Assembly (NCBI GenBank): GCA_965204755.1
Contig: OZ242011.1
Location: forward strand, 3,776,001 to 3,840,000
Length of the DNA stretch: 64,000 nt
Source: Candidatus Marinacidobacterium sp.
GTDB taxonomy: Bacteria; Acidobacteriota; Vicinamibacteria; Marinacidobacterales; Marinacidobacteraceae
Reading direction: 5' to 3'
Shown here: positions 56,910 to 64,000 of the stretch, in pieces
Numbering within the stretch: the first letter of the stretch is position 1
Layout: each line of letters starts with the position of its first letter
The notes under the pieces: model-generated
Told to the model about the DNA's origin: nothing
Database searches by the model: none
The model's input: the letters and a program-made list of their open reading frames with translations, nothing else
Translations under genes and position numbers: made by a program

Positions 56910-57733
56910 CAAGGATCCCCGGCGCTCGAGCCTTCGACCGGGACGCTCTCGGCGGAGACTGCGGCGGCGGGCGGCTCGCCATCCGCTGACGCCTCCCCGC
57001 CGGAGGCCGGTTCCTCCCGCGGCCGGACGCTCCGCTGTCGGCGTCGCCGGACGATGCGCTCCACCGTTTCGATGCGTCGGAAGACATCCCCGCTCGTCCT
57101 TATGCCTTCGGCCGCCTCGGCGACATCGGACGGAGTGAGGTCCGGCAGCACCTCCGAGGCCTCCAGCCGGCGGGGCGCCGCTCCCCGGCGCAGGGCCAGG
57201 AAGTCCGCCCGGAGCGTCCCTTCCCCGCTCCGGCCGTGGATACGCCAGCACTCCCGCACCCCCATGTCGCCGTAGCGCGCGATCTTCCCCTCGTCCGCAT
57301 GGGTGATCTCGACCTCGACGACGAGGTCCGGAACATTCGCTTCGAGGAAGGCGTCCGCCGCTTCTTCGCTCTCGGCCAAGGCCTCGAGGTGCGCATGGGC
57401 GCGCTCCCCGACAAGGAAAGAGCAGTCCGGTTCCAGGCCGACGCCGACCGGTTCCCCTTCCCCGCGCACGCGAACGCTCCCGAGTTTGATGGAGGCGAGG
57501 CCCAGCGCGCTCGCCGCGCTGTCTGCGATGTCGTCGAAGAGCCGGGTCGAGCGCTCGTGGAGGAGCGAAGGGACCATGAGGACGACGACCCCTCGCACCG
57601 GGTCGAGGCACACCCGGCGGAACCGGCTCGTCCAGTCCAGACCGGCGAGCGCGGCCACGGTCTCGGCGTCCGCCCGGAGGTGGTAGATGGTCGAGCCGAG
57701 CGGGCCGACGAAACTCGTGCTCGACCCCGGCAT
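56909..57733 (-). CDS. Uma2/DUF820 family endonuclease copy 4
   Basis: LM.PS..HE, EPDCSF, PDLVVEVEITH, K..RY..MGV.E.W; TGATG coupling. Confidence 0.8.
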   Translation of the reverse strand: MPGSSTSFVGPLGSTIYHLRADAETVAALAGLDWTSRFRRVCLDPVRGVVVLMVPSLLHERSTRLFDDIADSAASALGLASIKLGSVRVRGEGEPVGVGLEPDCSFLVGERAHAHLEALAESEEAADAFLEANVPDLVVEVEITHADEGKIARYGDMGVRECWRIHGRSGEGTLRADFLALRRGAAPRRLEASEVLPDLTPSDVAEAAEGIRTSGDVFRRIETVERIVRRRRQRSVRPREEPASGGEASADGEPPAAAVSAESVPVEGSSAGDP

Positions 57734-58554
57734 CAGGCCTCCTCGGTGCTCAGGCCTTCGAGCGGGATGGCGCCGATTGGGACTGCCGCAGCCGGCTCGC
57801 CGTCCGCCGGCGCCTCGCCGTAGGGCGCCCGTTCCTCGCGCAGCCGGATGCTCCGCTGTTGGCGGCGCCGGACGATACGGGCCACCGCCTCCGTGCGTTC
57901 GTGGCGGTCGAGACTCCGTCGGACGCCTTCGACGGCCTGGCAGACATCCGATGGAGTGAGCCCCGGCAGGACCACCGACGCCTCCAACCGACGGGACGGC
58001 GCTCCCCGGCGGAGCGCCAGGAAGTCCGCCCGGAGCCTCTCTTCCCCGCGCTTGCCGCGGAGCCGCCAAATCTCCCGCGCGCCGAGGTCGGCGTACCGAA
58101 CGACCTTGCCCTCGTCGATGTGGGTGATCTCGACCTCGACGATCAGGTCCGGGCCGTTCTCCGCGAGGAAGGCGTCCGCCGCCTTCTGGCTCTCCGCCAT
58201 GGCCCCCAGATAGGCGCGGGCGCGCTCCCCCACATAGAAGGAGCAGTCCGGCTCCATGCCGGCGCCGCGGGGCTCTCCTTTCCCGCGCAGTCGAACGCTC
58301 CCCAGTTTGGCGGTGGCGCGGCCGAGCGCGCTCGCGGCGGCGTCCACGATGTCGTCGAAGACCCGGGTCAACCCCTCGTGGAGGGACGACGGGGACATGA
58401 GGACTACGACTTCCCGGACCGGGTCCAGCCACACCCGGCGGAACCGGCTCGTCCAGTCCAGGCCCGCGAGGGCGGCCACGGTGGCGGCGTCCGCCCGCAG
58501 CCGGTAGATCGTCGAGCCGAGAGGCCCCACGAAACTCGTGCTCGACCCCGGCAT
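57733..58554 (-). CDS. Uma2/DUF820 family endonuclease copy 3
   Basis: Same motifs; TGATG coupling. Confidence 0.8.
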   Translation of the reverse strand: MPGSSTSFVGPLGSTIYRLRADAATVAALAGLDWTSRFRRVWLDPVREVVVLMSPSSLHEGLTRVFDDIVDAAASALGRATAKLGSVRLRGKGEPRGAGMEPDCSFYVGERARAYLGAMAESQKAADAFLAENGPDLIVEVEITHIDEGKVVRYADLGAREIWRLRGKRGEERLRADFLALRRGAPSRRLEASVVLPGLTPSDVCQAVEGVRRSLDRHERTEAVARIVRRRQQRSIRLREERAPYGEAPADGEPAAAVPIGAIPLEGLSTEEA

Positions 58555-59372
58555 CAGGGCTCCTCGGTGCTCAAGCCTTCGAGCGGGACGGCGGAGACTG
58601 CGGCGGCGAGCGGTTCGCCGTCCGCCGACATCTCCCCGTAAGGCGCCCGGTCCTCGCGCAGCCGGATGCTCCGCCGTTGGCGGCGCCGGACGATGCGGGC
58701 CACCGTCTCGATGCGTTCGCGGATGTCGCCGCTCCCCCGGACGCCTTCGGCGGCCTGGCAGACATCCGAGGGAGTGAGCCCCGGCAGGACCTCCGACGCC
58801 TCCAGCGAACGCGGCGGCGTTCCCCGGCGGAGCGCCAGGAAGTCCGCCCGGAGCGTCTTCTCCCCTCGCTTGCCGCGCAGTTTCCAGAACTCCCGAACGC
58901 CCAAGTCGGCGTAACGACCGATCTTGCCCGAATCGGCGTGGGTGATCTCGACCTCGACGACGAGGTCCGGGCCGTTTTCCTCGAGGAAGGCGTCCGCCGC
59001 CTTCTCGCTCTCGGCCAAGGCCTCGAGATACCCGCCGGCGCGCTCTCCCACATAGAAGGAGCAGTCCGGCTCCATGCCGGTTCCGGGGGGCTCCCCTTTC
59101 CCGCGCAGGCGAACGCTCCGGAGTTTGGTCGAGGCGCGGCCCAGCGCGCTCGCCGCGGCGTCCACGATGTCGTCGAAGACGCCGGTCAGGCCTTCGTGAA
59201 GGCGCGAGGGGGTCATGAGGACGACCACCTCCCGCGTCGGGTCCAGCCACACTCGGCGGAACCGGCTCGTCCAGTCCAGGCCCGCGAGCGCGGCCACGGT
59301 CTCGGCGTCTGCCCGGAGGTGGTAGATCGTCGAACCGAGAGGCCCCACGAAACTCGTACTCGCGCCCGGCAT
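58554..59372 (-). CDS. Uma2/DUF820 family endonuclease copy 2
   Basis: Same motifs; TGATG coupling. Confidence 0.8.
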   Translation of the reverse strand: MPGASTSFVGPLGSTIYHLRADAETVAALAGLDWTSRFRRVWLDPTREVVVLMTPSRLHEGLTGVFDDIVDAAASALGRASTKLRSVRLRGKGEPPGTGMEPDCSFYVGERAGGYLEALAESEKAADAFLEENGPDLVVEVEITHADSGKIGRYADLGVREFWKLRGKRGEKTLRADFLALRRGTPPRSLEASEVLPGLTPSDVCQAAEGVRGSGDIRERIETVARIVRRRQRRSIRLREDRAPYGEMSADGEPLAAAVSAVPLEGLSTEEP

Positions 59373-60190
59373 CAGGGCTCCTCGGTGCTCAGGCCTTCGA
59401 GCGGGACGGCGGAGACTGCGGCGGCAAGCGGCTCGCCGTCCGCCGATTCCTCGCCGTAGGGCGCCCGTTCCTCGCGCAGCCGGATGCTCCGCCGTTGGCG
59501 GCGCCGGACGATGCGGGCCACCGCCTCCGTGCGTTCGCGACGGTCGCCGCTCCTCCGGACGCCTTCGACGGCCTGGCAGACATCCGACGGCGTGAGCGCC
59601 GGCAGGACCTCCGACGCCTCCAGCGGGCGGGGCGGCGCTCCCCGGCGGAGCGCCAGGAAGTCCGCCCGGAGCGTCTTCTCCCCTCGCTTGCCGCGCAGTT
59701 TCCAGAACTCCCGAACGCCCAAGTCGGCGTAACGACCGATCTTGCCCGAATCGGCGTGGGTGATCTCGACTTCGACGACGAGGTCCGGGCCGTTCTCTTC
59801 GAGGAAGGCGTCCGCCGCCTTCTCGCTCTCGGCCAAGGCCTCGAGATACCCGCCGGCGCGTTCTCCCACATAGAAGGAGCAGTCCGGCTCCATGCCGGTG
59901 CCGGGGGGCTCCCCTTTCCCGCGCAGGCGAACGCTCCGGAGTTTCGTCGAGGCGCGGCCCAGCGCGCTCGCCGCGGCGTCCACGATGTCGTCGAAGACGC
60001 CGGTCAGGCCTTCGTGAAGGCGCGAGGGAGTCATGAGGACGACCACCCCCAGCATCGGGTCCAGCCACACCCGGCGGAACCGGCTCGTCCAGTCCAAGCC
60101 GGCGAGCGCGGCCACGGTCTCGGCGTCCGCCCGCAGGTGGTAGATCGTCGAGCCGAGAGGCCCCACGAAACTCGTACTCGAATCCGTCAC
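59372..60190 (-). CDS. Uma2/DUF820 family endonuclease copy 1
   Basis: GTG start VTDSSTSFVGPLG; same motifs. Confidence 0.8.
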   Translation of the reverse strand: MTDSSTSFVGPLGSTIYHLRADAETVAALAGLDWTSRFRRVWLDPMLGVVVLMTPSRLHEGLTGVFDDIVDAAASALGRASTKLRSVRLRGKGEPPGTGMEPDCSFYVGERAGGYLEALAESEKAADAFLEENGPDLVVEVEITHADSGKIGRYADLGVREFWKLRGKRGEKTLRADFLALRRGAPPRPLEASEVLPALTPSDVCQAVEGVRRSGDRRERTEAVARIVRRRQRRSIRLREERAPYGEESADGEPLAAAVSAVPLEGLSTEEP

Positions 60191-60310
60191 CGACGCTCCT
60201 CCGAAGCCTCCGAAGCGTAACGCGGGGGTGATCGCGCCACCGCCGCCGGTCGCTTTCCCCGTCCGCCGGGAGAAGAGCGGCGCGGCGCGCCGGGCGGCTG
60301 CGATCTCCTC

Positions 60311-60400
60311 CCGGTCTTCCGAGCGGGCCGGGGCTCGCCGCGGGAGTCCCAACCCTGCCCGTCGGCGGGGACCGGTCTTCCGAGCGGGCCGGGGCTCGCC
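60311..60400. repeat. 29-bp direct repeat CCGGTCTTCCGAGCGGGCCGGGGCTCGCC
   Basis: Exact copies at 60311-60339 and 60372-60400. Confidence 0.8.
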
Positions 60401-60480
60401 CTTCTCGTAGGCGCCGTCCGCCAGTCGCGGGCGAAGGCGGCCGCCCGGACCCGGATCTCGTTCCCGGAGAGGCGCGCGAC
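60395..60480 (-). pseudogene. Fragment of the N-terminus of an MmeI-like type IIG/IIL restriction-modification enzyme
   Basis: RLSGNEIRVRAAAFARDW then, after a frameshift, ADGAYEKGE; resembles the LSWNEIRARA..FA.EW..A.YEKGE N-terminus. Confidence 0.5.
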
Positions 60481-60803
60481 GGGAGGCGCCCATGGCTCGC
60501 CCGGCGCCGCGCCGGTGAGTGGGGAACGCCGCGCTCCATCGCCGCGGAAGGGCGCGGCGCCCCAGTCCGTCGGGATCGTGGGCATCGTCATGGCGCGCGG
60601 GGACCGGGGCTGCGGCTCGTACGGGCTTCGGCGGTGACGCCGCCGGCAAGAGCCATCGCCGGTCTCGGCATTTCACGACGAAGGCGCTGCAGGGCCGAAG
60701 GCAGCGGCCCGTGGGCGAGACGAGGCCGCGGAAGCGGAAGACGACCCGACCGGCGCGGGGCTCGCTCCGAGGCCGGCCGGGCCGGGTCGGCCCCCGAGGA
60801 AGG

Positions 60804-63800
60804 TCAGAACCGGAGGGTTCCGCGGAGGCCGAGGCGGAGTACGGGGGCGGTTTCCGCGTAGGCGCTCCGTTCCCCGGAGAACTCCAGGTCGAAGGCGCGG
60901 CCCGCGCGGAGCGGGTCGCCGTAGCGGAGGCCGAAGCGCAGCCGGTTCCGGCCATTCCCGCAGCCGAGGTCGGAGAACGGGGTGAGGACGCCGGGGAGTC
61001 GGCCGGCGGAGAGCCCGTAACCGAGGCCGGCCTCGAACACGCCGCCCTCGGCCATCCCCCCGACCCGCCGCGCGGCGGGGAGGCCGCCGTCCGGCCGCCA
61101 GAGCGCGTCCTGCCGCCCCGGCGCGCCCCAGCGCGGCGCGAGCGACACCGAGAGCCCCCGGCCGTCCCTCTTCGAGTGCAGCATCGCGGTGACTCCCACG
61201 CCCCGCTCCCGGAAACCGGACTCGCTGTACGCCGCCAGCATCCGGCCCTGTGCTTCCAGCCGCAAACGCGATCCCGCCGTCAGGCGCAATCCCCCGGACA
61301 CCTCGACGCCCCGCCCGGTGATCGCCGAGTCCCCGTCCGCGCGCGCCGAGACCGCCGCGAAGGGCTCCACCGCCCCGCCCCGGCCGAGGCGCTGCCGGTA
61401 CCGGGTCTCGGCGCCGAACCGCAACCGGAATGTCCGCGCCGCGAGATCTCCAGAAACGCCGGCGCCCTCCCTCGTCGCCAGCCGGCTGAGGCCGGCGTCC
61501 CCCCGGAACGCGAGGCTCAGCCCCTCCGTCGAACCCGCGATCCGGAGGCGCAGGCCGGCGAGCGCCATCCCGAGCGCCAGTTCCCGCGACTCCCGGCCCC
61601 GATCCCCCCGGTCGGTCTCCAGCGTCCCCCGGCCCGCGCCCCCGATCGCCCACAACTCCAACCAGTCGGTCGGCCGGACGCCGGCGTAGGGCAGCAGGCT
61701 GTCGATCCTCGTCGTCACTTTCCCGCCGCCGGTCGTCTCGCCGGCGAAGGCGTAGTCCGCACGGCCCCAGGCCCGCGCCGCCGCCACTCCCACCAGCCAG
61801 GACTCGCCGGAGACATCCGCCCCCAAGTACGGAGTGCGCAGGTCGCCGGAGTAGGTGGATCCTTCCTTCGGGGAACCCTCGAAGGACACCAGGTCCCCGG
61901 CGCCCCAGAGGCCCCAGCGGGGGCCGCCGCCGTCCTCCGGGGCGAAGGACAACTCGAAACTGTCCCGCAGCGGGTCGTAACCCGCCGCCGCGGCGGCATC
62001 TCGGACCGGGTTCTCCGCCCGGAACAGCGAGCGGGCGCCCGCGTTCCCGATCCCGCCCGCCGACCGGCCGCCGTTCCCGCCGGAGAGCGCCGCCATCGCT
62101 ACGCGACTGCCACCGCCCCGCGCCTCCATCCGCCGGCCGATCACCTCGGACGCGCTCGACAGCAGGCCCCGGCCCATCGCCGAAAGCGTCTCCCGGACCG
62201 CCGCCGTCTCCGCCGGATCGGTGATCACCGTTACGGCGAACGACTGCTCGGCGCTTCCGGCGCGGTTCGACGCCGTGACCGTCACCGACGCCTCGCCCTC
62301 GGTCAGCGGCGAGACCGACACCGCCGCCGCCCCGACGAGCGCCGCCGACGCCACGCCCGGCGCCGAAGACGCCGCCGCGTACCGCTCCGCCCCGGAGAAC
62401 GCCGCCGCCACCTCCACCGGGCGGGGTTCGGTCCCGGCGATCAGGGTCAGCGCCGGGAGCGTCCCCACCGCCCGCGGCGGCGAGATGCCCCGCACCGGGT
62501 GCGCCGGCCGGTCGGCGAGCGCGGCGTGCGTGAGGTCCACCCGCTGGCCCGGGACCCCGGTGACCGCGGAAGGAACCGCGTCCGCCGGAACGGAGATCCC
62601 GTTCTCGTCCCAGTCGCCTTCGACCACCCGGTAGGCGAACCGCAGCACCGGAGTCCCCGACCCCGACCGGTAGCCGGCCGGACGCTCGGAGAGACCCACC
62701 GTCAGCGGCAGCGACGGCGCCCCGGCCACCCGCGCCGCCGAACGGAACTCCACCGACACCTCCACCGTCTGGCCCGCCCGGTACGCGATCCCGTCCGGCG
62801 GGGTCGAGGAGATCCGCACTTCCCGCACCGTCAGCGGCTCGATCCCCCGCACCCGGTGGAAACTGCCTCCGGCGACCGCCGCGTGACGGAGGTCCGCCGG
62901 CCGGTCGGATTCGCCGGAGGCCGCTCCGGAGAGCCCGTTCGCCGCTACTTCCACGCCGTCATCGTCCCAGTCGGTGACCTCCACCCGGTAGGCGAACCGC
63001 CACAACGCCGTACCGGCCCCGTCGGCGTACGCCGCGGTCCGGGGCGAGTCGCCCAAGATCAACTGCAGGCTCGCCGAACCGCTCGCCGATGCCGGGGCGC
63101 TGAAGGCGACTTCCGCGGTGATCGTCTCCCCCGCCCGGTAGGCGGCGCCGTCCGCCGGGCGCGAGGTCAGCGACACGCGCTCCACGGTGAGCGCGGCCGG
63201 CGGCGGGGGAGGCGGAGGCGGCGGGGGAGGAGGCGGCGCCCGGGCGTCCACGCGGTGCGCCGGGTCGTCGTCGAGCCCCGGGTGGGTCAGCGTCACCGAC
63301 CCGCCGTCCGGCGTCCGGATCTGCCCTCCCCGGATCGGGTCGGCCGGGACGGCGATCCCGTCCGCATCCCGGTCGCCCTCCGCGACCCGGTAGCGGAACA
63401 CCAGCGGGGCGCTCCCCGCCCCCTCGCGGTAGGCCGCCCTTCGCGGCTCTTCGCCCACCGTCAGGGTGAGCCGCGGCCGTCCGGACACGGAGACCGGCCG
63501 GTCGAACGACGCCGCGATCTCGATCGGTTCCCCGGCGCGGTACGCCCGGCCGTCCGCCGGCGCGGAGACGATCGACAGGGAAGCGAGACGCGGTCGGCCG
63601 GAACTCCCGCCTCCGCCACCGCCACCTCCGCCCCCTCCGCCCCCTCCGCCGGTCGTCGGGACCACCGCGAACTGGCCGTCGTCGCTTACCGCATGGACGC
63701 CGAGCGCCAGGTTCGCCGCATTCGGCGTCGCCGCGCCGTCGCTGATCGCCCCGCCGTTCAGGGCCAGCGCCCCGGAACCGATGCTGATCCCGTTCGCGTC

Positions 63801-64000
63801 TTCGTCCCCGGAACGCACCCGATACGCGAACAGCAGACCCCGACGATCCTCCGTCTGTCCGGTGTAGGCGGCGTCCACCGTCCGCGCGCCCGGCGTTCCT
63901 CCCTGGCCGCGCCGGAGCGCGCCGGACGACCCCGGAAGCGCCGGCGAGGTCCCGCCGCCCAGCACCAGCCGCAGCACGGGCATCCCCGTAACCGTCACCG
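60804..64000 (-). CDS. Large surface/autotransporter-like protein with repeated Ig-like domains and a C-terminal beta-barrel; 5' end lies outside the window
   Basis: At least four ~120-aa repeats (S.P.DG.AYRAG...F...V.G.P.L.L.VG...A.Y..G.G...L.F.YRV..GD.D.DG), poly-G and poly-P linkers, amphipathic barrel strands, terminal Phe. Confidence 0.75.
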   Translation of the reverse strand, partial: VTVTGMPVLRLVLGGGTSPALPGSSGALRRGQGGTPGARTVDAAYTGQTEDRRGLLFAYRVRSGDEDANGISIGSGALALNGGAISDGAATPNAANLALGVHAVSDDGQFAVVPTTGGGGGGGGGGGGGGGSSGRPRLASLSIVSAPADGRAYRAGEPIEIAASFDRPVSVSGRPRLTLTVGEEPRRAAYREGAGSAPLVFRYRVAEGDRDADGIAVPADPIRGGQIRTPDGGSVTLTHPGLDDDPAHRVDARAPPPPPPPPPPPPPAALTVERVSLTSRPADGAAYRAGETITAEVAFSAPASASGSASLQLILGDSPRTAAYADGAGTALWRFAYRVEVTDWDDDGVEVAANGLSGAASGESDRPADLRHAAVAGGSFHRVRGIEPLTVREVRISSTPPDGIAYRAGQTVEVSVEFRSAARVAGAPSLPLTVGLSERPAGYRSGSGTPVLRFAYRVVEGDWDENGISVPADAVPSAVTGVPGQRVDLTHAALADRPAHPVRGISPPRAVGTLPALTLIAGTEPRPVEVAAAFSGAERYAAASSAPGVASAALVGAAAVSVSPLTEGEASVTVTASNRAGSAEQSFAVTVITDPAETAAVRETLSAMGRGLLSSASEVIGRRMEARGGGSRVAMAALSGGNGGRSAGGIGNAGARSLFRAENPVRDAAAAAGYDPLRDSFELSFAPEDGGGPRWGLWGAGDLVSFEGSPKEGSTYSGDLRTPYLGADVSGESWLVGVAAARAWGRADYAFAGETTGGGKVTTRIDSLLPYAGVRPTDWLELWAIGGAGRGTLETDRGDRGRESRELALGMALAGLRLRIAGSTEGLSLAFRGDAGLSRLATREGAGVSGDLAARTFRLRFGAETRYRQRLGRGGAVEPFAAVSARADGDSAITGRGVEVSGGLRLTAGSRLRLEAQGRMLAAYSESGFRERGVGVTAMLHSKRDGRGLSVSLAPRWGAPGRQDALWRPDGGLPAARRVGGMAEGGVFEAGLGYGLSAGRLPGVLTPFSDLGCGNGRNRLRFGLRYGDPLRAGRAFDLEFSGERSAYAETAPVLRLGLRGTLRF

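Noticed and set aside
56164-60190. Integron cassette array or DGR
   Set aside because: There is no intergenic space for attC sites, no integrase or reverse transcriptase, and the differences do not look adenine-specific.

Overview
GC-rich bacterial chromosomal window. The gene set (Tol-Pal order, miaB-DUF151-parAB, DUF4159/MoxR operon) looks Acidobacteriota-like; this is an inference. The left part holds the ptsI 3' end, a lexA-imuA-imuB-dnaE2 mutagenesis cassette with a palindromic operator, an SSB with two OB folds, tolQR-tolA/tonB-tolB-pal-cpoB, recN, miaB, DUF151 and parAB. A redox operon follows in which two ORF pairs are best read as single selenoproteins (in-frame UGA plus SECIS-like hairpin). 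At about 23.8 kb a dif-like XerC/D site embedded in a hairpin marks the edge of a compositionally distinct island. The island's first gene is an 833-aa protein ending in a diverged ribosomal protein uS5 domain, directly followed by a 1426-aa DEAH helicase with a DUF1998-type Zn domain (DruE-like). This pair is the best candidate for an undescribed defence system. The island also has an IS3 remnant, an AAA-DUF4143 ATPase and a truncated RecG-C-like gene. The right part holds a PPTase, hflKC, a 9-gene MoxR/VWA/DUF4159 operon, a dihaem peroxidase, five tandem translationally coupled Uma2-type nuclease paralogues, an MmeI-like fragment and a repeat-rich autotransporter-like surface protein. No rRNA, tRNA or CRISPR array was recognised. 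All family calls come from motif recognition, not database searches.
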